Assembly (NCBI GenBank): GCA_946647665.1
Contig: CAMPCW010000002.1
Coordinates: forward strand, 1-50,721
Source of the DNA: an uncultured Bacillales bacterium
GTDB lineage: Bacteria > Bacillota_I > Bacilli_A > RFN20 > CAG-826
Reading direction: 5' to 3'
DNA: 50,721 nucleotides
Shown: one piece after another, positions 30,799-39,674 of the stretch
Position numbering within the stretch: position 1 is the first letter of the stretch
How the letters are laid out: each line of letters starts with the position of its first letter
Translations under genes and position numbers: made by a program
Notes under the pieces: generated by a model
Database searches by the model: none
Told to the model about the DNA's origin: nothing
Seen by the model: the letters and a program-made list of their open reading frames with translations, nothing else

Positions 30799-31038
30799 AT
30801 GGACAACTATGTCAAATGGATGGATGGTCATTCCAGATTAGTAAAAATTATCTTATGTATCTGGATCCTTGATATCACCTGGGCTGTTTATAGAATCGGT
30901 AGAGCCGCTAGCAAACAAAACTGGCTTCACATGGTTCTCGGTATCCTTTGGGTTATTGCTGCTGGAACAGTCGGTTGGGTCTTAGATCTTGTCTGGATCA
31001 TCCTTAATAACCGCATCTTCTGGTTCAGAGAAGACTAA
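30799..31038 (+). CDS. Small two-TM membrane protein, unknown function
   Basis: ATG 30799 follows SD AAAGGAG (MDNYVKWMDG..). The ORF-track start 30748 lies in the promoter region. Confidence 0.55.
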   Translation: MDNYVKWMDGHSRLVKIILCIWILDITWAVYRIGRAASKQNWLHMVLGILWVIAAGTVGWVLDLVWIILNNRIFWFRED

Positions 31039-31050
31039 TAAAATTCGAAT

Positions 31051-31074
31051 AGGCCTTCGGGCCTTTTCTTTTTG
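31051..31074 (+). terminator. Rho-independent terminator
   Basis: AGGCC-TTCG-GGCCT followed by TTTTCTTTTTG. Confidence 0.75.
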
Positions 31075-31112
31075 TTGATTATATCTATTTAAATAGATAA
31101 AATACTATTACT

Positions 31113-32543
31113 ATGAATCCTATTTTTGACACAAGAGTACAAGAACTCAAATACAAAGTATTGAAAGAAATCGCTAAATCATATTTTAATGGCACATTAT
31201 TAGAAGATTATAATTCTATTCCTACTAAAATTGTTCCTGGCCCAAAACCAACAATGCGTTGCTGTATCTATAAGGAAAGAGCCATTGTTTTAGAAAGAAT
31301 GAAACTTGCTTTAGGTGGATCAAAGGAAATTGATAATGTCATTGAAGTTATTAAAGTAGCGTGTGATGAATGTCCTTTAGGTGGATATGAAGTCACTAAT
31401 AGATGTAGAGGTTGCATTGCCCATAGATGTCAAAAAGCATGTCATAAGGATGCCATTAGTTTTGATGAAGTTACACATGCTGCTCGTATTAATAAAGAAA
31501 AATGTATTAACTGCGGAATGTGCGCTAAAGCATGTCAATATAACGCTATTCAAAATTACTTAAGACCATGTGAACAAGCGTGTAAAGTTAAGGCCATTAG
31601 TATGGGTGAAGATAATGCTGCTCAAATTGATGATGAAAAGTGTGTTCAATGTGGAGCCTGTGTTTATCAATGTCCTTTTGGAGCAATTGTTGATAAATCT
31701 TATATTAAAGAGGCTATCGACATTCTTAAAGAAGGAGATCACGGCAAGAAATTTCCAGTAGTAGCAATTGTTGCTCCTAGTATCGCCACTCAATTTAAGT
31801 ATGCTACGCTAGGTCAAATTGCTAGTGCAATGCATGAACTTGGATTTAGTGAAATCGTTGAGGCTGCTTTAGGAGCAGATATGGTGGCTTATAATGAGGC
31901 AAAAGAATTATCAGAAAAAGGATTTTTAACTTCTAGTTGCTGCCCAACATTTGTTTCTTTTATAAAAAAGAACTTCCCAACTTTAGTGGAGCATATCTCA
32001 TCTAACTTGTCACCAATGGCGAGTATTGCAAAATGGATTAAAGAACATTATCCAACTGCAAAAATCATGTTTATTGGTCCTTGTATTTCTAAAAAACAAG
32101 AAATCAAATTGGAATCTGTTAAACCTTATGTTGATATCACTTTAACTTTTGAAGAACTTCAAGCCTTAATTGACGCTAGAGAAATAGACGCTTCTAAGTT
32201 AGAAGAATCACCGTTTGACAACGCCTCTTACTTTGGAAGAATATTTGCTAGAAGTAGAGGTATATCTGACGCAGTTAGACAGGCACTAAAAGAACAAGAA
32301 ATTGATTTTGATTATAAACCACTCGCAGTTGATGGATTAGATAATATTCGACTTGCATTGCTAAAAGTAAAAGCTGGCAATAGAGACAACAACTTCATTG
32401 AAGGTATGGCTTGTTCAGGTGGATGTATTGGTGGACCTTGCTGTTTGACTCATGAAGTTAGAGATAAAGCAGATGTTGATAAATACGGTATGGAGGCAAA
32501 TAGCCAAACCATTACCGATTCATTAGAAAAACTTAATCGTTAG
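31113..32543 (+). CDS. Monomeric [FeFe] hydrogenase-like protein (group B-like) with N-terminal ferredoxin-type clusters
   Basis: H-cluster motifs TSSCCPTF (L1), GPCISKKQE (L2) and EGMACSGGCIGGP (L3); 4Fe-4S motifs CINCGMCAKAC and CVQCGACVYQCP. Confidence 0.8.
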   Translation: MNPIFDTRVQELKYKVLKEIAKSYFNGTLLEDYNSIPTKIVPGPKPTMRCCIYKERAIVLERMKLALGGSKEIDNVIEVIKVACDECPLGGYEVTNRCRGCIAHRCQKACHKDAISFDEVTHAARINKEKCINCGMCAKACQYNAIQNYLRPCEQACKVKAISMGEDNAAQIDDEKCVQCGACVYQCPFGAIVDKSYIKEAIDILKEGDHGKKFPVVAIVAPSIATQFKYATLGQIASAMHELGFSEIVEAALGADMVAYNEAKELSEKGFLTSSCCPTFVSFIKKNFPTLVEHISSNLSPMASIAKWIKEHYPTAKIMFIGPCISKKQEIKLESVKPYVDITLTFEELQALIDAREIDASKLEESPFDNASYFGRIFARSRGISDAVRQALKEQEIDFDYKPLAVDGLDNIRLALLKVKAGNRDNNFIEGMACSGGCIGGPCCLTHEVRDKADVDKYGMEANSQTITDSLEKLNR

Positions 32544-32555
32544 TTACAAAAAAAG

Positions 32556-32586
32556 AAGAGGTTAGTTCTCACTAGCCTCTTTTTCT
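32556..32586. terminator. Putative bidirectional terminator between the hydrogenase gene and rmuC
   Basis: AAGAGG...CCTCTT hairpin with an A-run on the left and a T-run on the right; overlaps the last rmuC codons. Confidence 0.5.
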
Positions 32587-33758
32587 TCAATTTCTTCAAT
32601 ATCACTATTAGTGGATATCGCATCGAATTTATTGGTGATTCGACTAACTCTAGAATCTAATTTTTCTCTAGTTTTAGTGGCAGTATCAAGCTGTCTAGAT
32701 AACTGTGTCCATTCATTTGAGAATAAAGTGAACTGCTTTCCTAAAGCGTCTAATTGTTTAGATATTTCTTTAACGTTTTTAGCGCGTTCAGCTTCTATTC
32801 TAACCATATTAATGGTGACTAAGATTGCAGGAAGGGTACTAGGAGAAGTTAAAATTACTCTTTTATCTCTAGCATAATCAACAACATCTAATAATTCTTG
32901 ATGGATATAGGCAAACACTCCATCATTAGGAATAAACATTAATGCTTCAGGAGCGGTTTTTCCTTCGATGATATATTTATCTTTAATGACAGTAATATGC
33001 TTTTTAACGGCGCTTGCGAATAAACGTTTATATTCTTCTTTATTTGATTCATCTTCTTCCTTCATTAATCTTTCATAATCTTGGAAAGGGAATTTAGAAT
33101 CAATACAAATCATTTTATTTGGTTCAGGCATAAAGACAACAGCGTCCGCTCTAACATCGTCTCCATCTTTAACTTTTTTGATAGTGTATTGTTCTTGATA
33201 GCAACCAACTGTATCTCCAAAGACATTATGAAGAACCATGTTGAGTTGGTATTCACCATATGCACCTCTAGTTTGGTTACCTTCCATAATACTTCTTAAA
33301 GAAACAACGTCTTTAGATAAGGATTCCATGTTCTTTTGAGCTTCATCAATGACTTTAAGTCTTTCTCTAACTTGGGCCATAGTCTCACTTGTACCTTGGA
33401 AACCTTCTTTTAATTTATCTTCAACTTTTTGATTAATCTCTTTCATCTTCTCTCCAAGTTGAAGGTTGATTGATTCAAAACGTTTAGTCATGGTTTCGAT
33501 GATATTGGTTTGAAATCTCTCTAACTTTTGATTATTTGTCTCGTTAACTTGAACCATTTCCTTAGCTAAAGATGCTTCAATATCTTTTTTAAGAATAACT
33601 TCTAAAGACTTAATTTGTTCTGATAACATTCCTAATTCTTTATCTGAAACTCCGCTTTCAATTGAAGTTGGTTTTTTTGATAATTTAATAACTAGAACTG
33701 TTAAAATAACTAGTCCAATAAAAACTACAATTAATATCGCTAATAAGGCATAAATCAT
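32562..33758 (-). CDS. rmuC: DNA recombination protein RmuC
   Basis: N-terminal TM segment, long coiled coil, and C-terminal RmuC block ..DAVVFMPE...ICIDSKFP...FIPNDGVF. Confidence 0.85.
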   Translation of the reverse strand: MIYALLAILIVVFIGLVILTVLVIKLSKKPTSIESGVSDKELGMLSEQIKSLEVILKKDIEASLAKEMVQVNETNNQKLERFQTNIIETMTKRFESINLQLGEKMKEINQKVEDKLKEGFQGTSETMAQVRERLKVIDEAQKNMESLSKDVVSLRSIMEGNQTRGAYGEYQLNMVLHNVFGDTVGCYQEQYTIKKVKDGDDVRADAVVFMPEPNKMICIDSKFPFQDYERLMKEEDESNKEEYKRLFASAVKKHITVIKDKYIIEGKTAPEALMFIPNDGVFAYIHQELLDVVDYARDKRVILTSPSTLPAILVTINMVRIEAERAKNVKEISKQLDALGKQFTLFSNEWTQLSRQLDTATKTREKLDSRVSRITNKFDAISTNSDIEEIEEKEASEN

Positions 33759-33770
33759 AGCAAAACCCCC

Positions 33771-34994
33771 TTAAATTGCCCAGTTTCCATCTTTGAAGAT
33801 CGTGGTTTTCTTGCCGCTAAAAGATGTTCCAATAATTTCTAAGTCAGAGGTTCCAATCATAAAGTCAACGTGAATCATTGAGTCGTTTAAACCTCTAACT
33901 CTAGCTTCTTCATTTGATATAGAGGCACCTTCTGGGAATAGTTCTTTAAAGCCTTGGCCGAGAGCTAAATGGCAGGCTGCGTTTTCATCGAATAATGTTT
34001 CGTAGAATAAGATTTTTGAATTTTGAATTGGAGAATCATAAGGCACTAAAGCAACTTCACCAAGCATATGACTACCTTCATCGGTATTAACCATTTGTTC
34101 TAATAATTTTTGATTCTTTTTGGCACCTACTTTACTGACTTTTCCATTTTCAAATTTGACCCAGAATTCATCGATAATCTGACCGTTATAACTTAATGGC
34201 TTAGAGGAATACACAATTCCTTCAATGGAACCCGCTTTTGGAGAAGTAAATACTTCTTCGCTTGGGATATTTGGGTTATAAGATAACCCTTTATCTGTAA
34301 ATTCAACTCCGCCTCCCCATAAAACGTTTTTCATGAGTTCAACTTTAAAGTCAGTTCCATTAGAGGCTTTATATTCTAAATATTGAAGATCTAAGGCTGC
34401 TAACTGTTTTCTATGCTTCATTAATTCTTCATTATGTTTATCCCAGTTATCAATAGCATGTCCGTCTACTCTAGAACAAGAAAGGATTGATTCCCAAAGA
34501 GCTTCAATTGCTTCCTCTCCTTTTAATTTAGGGAAGACTTTCTCAGCCCATGCTTTAGAAGGAACAGCGGCGATACACCATTTGTATTTGCCGTCCATCT
34601 CGTCTCTATATGGTTTGACTTTCTTTCTAAAGGCAAAAGTGACTTTAGTTAATTTAGATTGTGAAATACTTTTAAAAGCGTCTGGGTCATCTGAAAAAAT
34701 ATGGAGCATACTTGGATTATATTTCACCATATATTTATATTCTGCGATTGTATAGTTAGGAACTTTGCTCAAAGTTGACGTTGAAGCATATTTATAGCCA
34801 ATCTTAGAAATTTCATCATCTGAAAATCTAACTCTTACTTTTTTTGCCCCTGCTTTATATAATTCTTCAACTACTAAACGAACAAATTCCATTTGATGAG
34901 TTTGACAGTTAACCCAAACTTCTTCGCCTTTTTGAACATTAATTCCTCTTTTTGCTAAAAGTTCGGCGTATTCTTGTAATCTTTCTAATTTCAT
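33771..34994 (-). CDS. M29-family aminopeptidase (AmpS/PepS type)
   Basis: MKLERLQEYAELLAKRGINVQKGE.. follows SD GAGGAA; HLALG and HVDFMIG metal-site blocks. The ORF-track start 35102 adds 36 unlikely residues. Confidence 0.85.
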   Translation of the reverse strand: MKLERLQEYAELLAKRGINVQKGEEVWVNCQTHQMEFVRLVVEELYKAGAKKVRVRFSDDEISKIGYKYASTSTLSKVPNYTIAEYKYMVKYNPSMLHIFSDDPDAFKSISQSKLTKVTFAFRKKVKPYRDEMDGKYKWCIAAVPSKAWAEKVFPKLKGEEAIEALWESILSCSRVDGHAIDNWDKHNEELMKHRKQLAALDLQYLEYKASNGTDFKVELMKNVLWGGGVEFTDKGLSYNPNIPSEEVFTSPKAGSIEGIVYSSKPLSYNGQIIDEFWVKFENGKVSKVGAKKNQKLLEQMVNTDEGSHMLGEVALVPYDSPIQNSKILFYETLFDENAACHLALGQGFKELFPEGASISNEEARVRGLNDSMIHVDFMIGTSDLEIIGTSFSGKKTTIFKDGNWAI

Positions 34995-35081
34995 TATTAT
35001 TTCCTCTTGTTTATCTTTCTTATTGTAAATCTTTTTAAAAAAAGAAAAAATAATAAGGTAGTTAAAAGAGGCAAAAATATT

Positions 35082-35642
35082 ATGAAAACATTTAAAGAAC
35101 AAAAATGGATGATTATTGTCTATGGCGTAATCCTATTCGCAATTGGTCTAGTTGACCTTATTTTAAGTATTGTAGATTTGGGTTCCGCGATTAAAGTTGT
35201 CAGTTACTGTATTGCTGGTGGACTTTTTGTTATTGGTTTACTACATATTGTTGCGAATTTGATTAAAGACACAAAATCATTTTTTAAAGGTGCATTAGCA
35301 TTAGGGTGTATTGCTATAGCTTTAGGAGTTGTGTTTATTGTCTACCCTCTTATGCTTGGTAACTTCTTTATCATTTTCTGCGCGGCATTCGTTATTGCTA
35401 TTAGTGCTATCTTCCTTGTTAAAGGATTTATTGGCATTAAATTCAAATATAAAAAGAGTTGGATCTTCTTATATTTCTTATTGGCAACAATTGGAATCAC
35501 TTTAAGCATCCTTGCCTTTGTCTATGAAGGCTCTTCTACAGTCACTCAAATTGTTTATATCACCATGGGTGCTATTGCTATTGTGGTTGGTGTTACCGCT
35601 ATGGTGTACGGCATTAAACTACTTAACAAAAAAGCTGAATAA
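35082..35642 (+). CDS. DUF308/HdeD-like multi-pass membrane protein
   Basis: ATG 35082 (MKTFKEQKWMIIVYG..); six predicted TM helices. Confidence 0.55.
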   Translation: MKTFKEQKWMIIVYGVILFAIGLVDLILSIVDLGSAIKVVSYCIAGGLFVIGLLHIVANLIKDTKSFFKGALALGCIAIALGVVFIVYPLMLGNFFIIFCAAFVIAISAIFLVKGFIGIKFKYKKSWIFLYFLLATIGITLSILAFVYEGSSTVTQIVYITMGAIAIVVGVTAMVYGIKLLNKKAE

Positions 35643-35660
35643 TATAATTGATTAGAATGA

Positions 35661-35688
35661 AAAAAAGACGCGGGAGCCCGCGTCTTTT
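35661..35688. terminator. Bidirectional rho-independent terminator
   Basis: GACGCGG-GAGC-CCGCGTC flanked by A6 and T4. Confidence 0.8.
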
Positions 35689-35695
35689 GTTATAT

Positions 35696-36040
35696 CTAGA
35701 TAACTTTAATGTCTTTTATTGATACATCTTTTCCAGTGACGAGATATGTCTTACAAGAATGACAATATGGACATTCTTTACCGAATTCTGTAGTGGAATA
35801 AGTTTTGCCACAATCTTCGCAATACGTGATACCTTTGATAGTGACAAAGTTGAGTTTACATTCCTTCATGTATTTGGTCTTTTTTATTGACCAATTGAAG
35901 GCATCAACGAAATACTCTTTAACTACTCCTGAAACTTCACCAACTTCTAGAGTAAGTTCCACAACTTTGTTAGCTTTATTTTCTTCGGCAATTTGTTCAA
36001 TTTGTTTAATGACGTGAACGACAATACCTAACTCATGCAT
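35696..36040 (-). CDS. hypA: Hydrogenase/urease-type nickel insertion protein HypA
   Basis: MHELGI N-terminal Ni-binding motif; zinc site CEDCG...CPYCHS; 114 aa; start overlaps the upstream stop by 8 nt. Confidence 0.85.
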   Translation of the reverse strand: MHELGIVVHVIKQIEQIAEENKANKVVELTLEVGEVSGVVKEYFVDAFNWSIKKTKYMKECKLNFVTIKGITYCEDCGKTYSTTEFGKECPYCHSCKTYLVTGKDVSIKDIKVI

Positions 36041-38930
36041 TGACGCTGTTACCTGTATCTGGCATGGTCTTCTTTGCTACTTTGTAGTGCTTCTTCCATG
36101 CTTTGCGTTTCTTTCTCATCATTCTGGCTTCTTTACTACCAGCATTGAACATAATCTTGAACCATCTTGGTACAGCGTATTTGAGTAAGCCAGTAACTTT
36201 GTCTTCTGCAAATCTCATTCTTGAAGCTTTTGGATGATCTCTAACTAGGTGGATAGCGTCAAATTCACACTTGGTGGTACAGATACCACAACCAATACAT
36301 TTGTGTGGATCAACGAAGGCCGCACCACAAGATAAACATCTACCAGTTTCAATCTTCACTTGTTCTTCTGTTAATGTCTTATGTGCGTCTTTGAAGCTAT
36401 TCTTATGGTCGATAGATTCGTCCATACCCGCTTCTTGTCTACCAGCATCATCATAACCAGGAAGAGTAATATCTTCTTTATTAAGTGGAGTAAATCCTCT
36501 CTTATTAAAGGCGATAGTTGGATGAGCATTTGGTCTAACGTGTCTAGCTAAGGCATCAGCAACGGCGTGACCAGCAGCGATAGCATCGATAACAAATTTT
36601 GGTCCAGTAAAGACATCTCCACCTACAAAGATATCATCATCATTAGTTTGATAGGTAACTTTGTCAGCAAATGGATAATTACCGTGCCAGAATTCAACTT
36701 TAGTGCCTTTTAATAAGTCACCCCATTCAATGGCTTGGCCGATAGCGAAGATAATCTTATCAGCTTCCACTGTAATGGTTTCATTTTCATCGTATTTAGG
36801 ATTGAACTTACCATTTTCATCTAAAGTAGACACACATTTTTTAAAGACAATGCCTTTAACTTCACCTTTTTCGTTAACGAGTACTTCTTTTGGTCCCCAA
36901 GAATTATTGATAGTGATATCTTCATCTAAGGTTTCTCTAATTTCTTCATTACTAGCAGGCATATGGTCACGATCTTCTAAGCAATACATAGAAACTGCAC
37001 TTGCTTTTAATCTATGAGCAGTTCTTGCACAGTCAACAGCGACATTACCGCCACCAACGACAACAACTTTGCCTTTAAATTCTTTTTGTTTATCAAGCGC
37101 TTCTCTTAAATAAGAAACAGCGATTTCCGTTCCTTTAGCGGTATCGTTAGCAACACCTGGTCTTCTTCCGCCTTGGCAGCCAATAGCGATATAGAAGGCT
37201 TTATATCCTTCTTTCTTTAAAGACTCGATAGTGACATCTTTACCGACTTCAACACCACACTTGATTTCTACACCAAGCTTTTTGATGACTTCGATTTCAG
37301 CATCGATTACATCTTTTTCTAATTTATAAGCAGGAATGCCATATCTTAACATTCCGCCAGGTTTTTCGTTTTTCTCAAAGACTGTTGGTTTAAAGCCTGC
37401 AACCGCTAAATAATAAGCTGCGGATAAACCAGCTGGACCAGCACCAATAATAGCGATTTTTTCGTCAAAACCACCATATACTGATGCAACAATCTTTTCT
37501 GGAATATATCTATCTTTAGAAGCAATTTCTAAATCAGCAACGAATTTCTTAACAGCGTCAATAGAGACGGCTTGATCGATTTTTCCTCTAGTACATTCGT
37601 CTTCACAACGTTTGTTACAAACTCTACCACAGACTGCTGGGAATGGGTTTTGAGTCTTAATTAAGGCTAAGGCTTCTCTATATCTACCTTCATGGGCCAT
37701 CTTTAAATAGCCTTGAACTGGGACATGAGCTGGACAGGCTACTTTACAAGGAGCTGTACCAGTTGGATAGGTATCGCTAGCTCTAGCGGTATCTCTATAA
37801 TTTTCATCCCAAGCATATTTACCCCAGTGGATTTTATCTGGTAATGGTTGACTTGGATATTTTTGTTCTTTGCCATCGCCCTTACATAATTTTTGTCCGA
37901 GTTTAACGGCTCCAGCAGGACAGTTAGCAACACATTGTCCGCACGCCACACAGTTTGTGGATGTGACTTTAGCGGTATAAGCACTTCTAGATAAGTTAGG
38001 AGTGTTAAATAACATTGATGTTCTTAAAGCGTTACAGATTTTAACGTCACAGTTACAAATATCAAAGATATGGTCTTTGCCATCGATATTAGTAATTTGG
38101 TGAACAAATCCATTTTTCTCAGAGAGTTCAATGATTTCTAATGCTCTTTCTTTAGTAATATAGTGAGCACGTTTGGTTTCAACTGTGTAGTCTGCCATAT
38201 CACCAAGTTGGATACACCAGTCATTAACATCATCAATACAGCCATCTCCTAACATCGCTCTACTTGCTCTACAAGAACAAATACCAGCGGAGATATGGCC
38301 TTCATATTTATTTAACCAGTGAGAAATCTTTTCTACAGAGATGGCTTCTTGATTACCTTCAATAGCCTTTTCTACTGGAATGGTGTGCATACCAATACCG
38401 TTACCACCTTCAGCGATCATTTCAGTAACGCCTGCTAAAGGAATAAAGGTCATTCTTTCAAAGAAGTTAGCAACTGCAGGATTTTTCGCAATTCTATCTA
38501 ATGAGGAGTTCATTAATTCTGCTGAACCAGGAACGAAATAAGATAATCTATATCTTTTAATTTTTGGAGCGTCTTCAATTGGATGTTCATCCGCATAATT
38601 ATCTCCATAGTCATATTCAATAAATCCAATATAAGAAAGTTCGTCTAAAAGTTGTTGAACTTTAGCAGGATCAAATTGACCTTTAAATTTCTTAATTAAA
38701 TCTTCTAAGAGATACCATTTTCTTTGTTTAAGTTTAAGTAAGAAGTTAACTTGATCTTCACTTAAAACCTCTCTTAGTCCCCAATATTCTGGATCAGTAT
38801 TTTTTACTCCAAATAATTTATGTGGGACAACGTCGGTAATCTTCTTACCTAACTTCGCGTAGTTCTTATGGAACTCTTTTTCACCTTGATATTTTGAGGT
38901 GACTTCTGGTTTCTTACATTTCTCTGGCAT
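36033..38930 (-). CDS. 965-aa multi-domain Fe-S flavoprotein: Cys-rich N-terminal region + GltD/NfnB-like FAD/NAD(P) oxidoreductase + C-terminal 2x[4Fe-4S] ferredoxin domain
   Basis: CVACGQCVANCP; CPAHV...CGRVCNKRCEDEC; dinucleotide folds IAIIGAGPAGLSAAYYLA and VVVVGGGNVAVDCA; CLSCG...CIGCGICTTKC. Its ATG overlaps the hypB stop (TAATG). Confidence 0.7.
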   Translation of the reverse strand: MPEKCKKPEVTSKYQGEKEFHKNYAKLGKKITDVVPHKLFGVKNTDPEYWGLREVLSEDQVNFLLKLKQRKWYLLEDLIKKFKGQFDPAKVQQLLDELSYIGFIEYDYGDNYADEHPIEDAPKIKRYRLSYFVPGSAELMNSSLDRIAKNPAVANFFERMTFIPLAGVTEMIAEGGNGIGMHTIPVEKAIEGNQEAISVEKISHWLNKYEGHISAGICSCRASRAMLGDGCIDDVNDWCIQLGDMADYTVETKRAHYITKERALEIIELSEKNGFVHQITNIDGKDHIFDICNCDVKICNALRTSMLFNTPNLSRSAYTAKVTSTNCVACGQCVANCPAGAVKLGQKLCKGDGKEQKYPSQPLPDKIHWGKYAWDENYRDTARASDTYPTGTAPCKVACPAHVPVQGYLKMAHEGRYREALALIKTQNPFPAVCGRVCNKRCEDECTRGKIDQAVSIDAVKKFVADLEIASKDRYIPEKIVASVYGGFDEKIAIIGAGPAGLSAAYYLAVAGFKPTVFEKNEKPGGMLRYGIPAYKLEKDVIDAEIEVIKKLGVEIKCGVEVGKDVTIESLKKEGYKAFYIAIGCQGGRRPGVANDTAKGTEIAVSYLREALDKQKEFKGKVVVVGGGNVAVDCARTAHRLKASAVSMYCLEDRDHMPASNEEIRETLDEDITINNSWGPKEVLVNEKGEVKGIVFKKCVSTLDENGKFNPKYDENETITVEADKIIFAIGQAIEWGDLLKGTKVEFWHGNYPFADKVTYQTNDDDIFVGGDVFTGPKFVIDAIAAGHAVADALARHVRPNAHPTIAFNKRGFTPLNKEDITLPGYDDAGRQEAGMDESIDHKNSFKDAHKTLTEEQVKIETGRCLSCGAAFVDPHKCIGCGICTTKCEFDAIHLVRDHPKASRMRFAEDKVTGLLKYAVPRWFKIMFNAGSKEARMMRKKRKAWKKHYKVAKKTMPDTGNSVNA

Positions 38931-39604
38931 TAGTTATTCCTCCAATTTGAAACTATATCTTTGAAATATTCAGCAACTAATTCGATATTTTTGCCTGTTT
39001 TTGCGCTTATCGGTATTATTGTAGCATTTTTATTACGGTATTTAATATTAGAAATACATTTCTCTATATTAAAGTCGAAATATGGAAGAGCATCGATCTT
39101 ATTTATGAGCACTAGTTTTGATTTTTCAAACACCAGTGGATATTTAATTGGCTTATCATCGCCCTCTGGGACAGAAAGAATCATCATATCCATAGAGGCC
39201 CCGGTATCGAATTCAGCAGGGCAAACAAGATTACCAACATTTTCTAAGAAAATAAGATCAAAATCGTTGAAGTTAATGCCGTCTAATCCAGTTTTAGTCA
39301 TACCAGCATCTAAGTGACACATCCCGTTAGTGTGTAATTGAATTGATGTCACTCCTGTTTCTTTTGCTACATTAACAGCGTCGACATCACTATCGATATC
39401 TGCTTCCATTACCCCAATTTTAAAATCCTTTTTTAGAAGATTTATTAATTTAATTAGAGTAGTGGTCTTGCCTGCTCCTGGCGAAGACATTAAATTCACC
39501 ACAAAAGTATTGTGATCTTTTAAGTAATCTCTTAGTGCATTAGCTTCTAAATCATTATCTGCATAGGCAGAACGATTCAACAGAATAGTTCTTACTTTTT
39601 CCAT
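38930..39604 (-). CDS. hypB: HypB-type G3E metallochaperone GTPase, paralogue 1
   Basis: SSPGAGKTTT P-loop, MCHLDA (CH metal motif), ENVGNLVCPAEFD and NKID. Start ATG 39604 aligns with the paralogue N-terminus and lies 7 nt after a TATAAT box. Confidence 0.8.
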   Translation of the reverse strand: MEKVRTILLNRSAYADNDLEANALRDYLKDHNTFVVNLMSSPGAGKTTTLIKLINLLKKDFKIGVMEADIDSDVDAVNVAKETGVTSIQLHTNGMCHLDAGMTKTGLDGINFNDFDLIFLENVGNLVCPAEFDTGASMDMMILSVPEGDDKPIKYPLVFEKSKLVLINKIDALPYFDFNIEKCISNIKYRNKNATIIPISAKTGKNIELVAEYFKDIVSNWRNN

Positions 39605-39637
39605 CCTCACCATTATATCTAGAAAATTAAAAATATT

Positions 39638-39657
39638 AAAATAAAATATTTTATTTT
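39638..39657. promoter_or_regulatory. Perfect 20-bp palindrome in the divergent hypB-hypB intergenic region (candidate operator)
   Basis: AAAATAAAAT|ATTTTATTTT lies between the -10 boxes of the two divergent genes (minus-strand TATAAT at 39612-39617; TGaTAAGAT at 39659-39667). Confidence 0.45.
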
Positions 39658-39674
39658 GTGATAAGATATTACGC

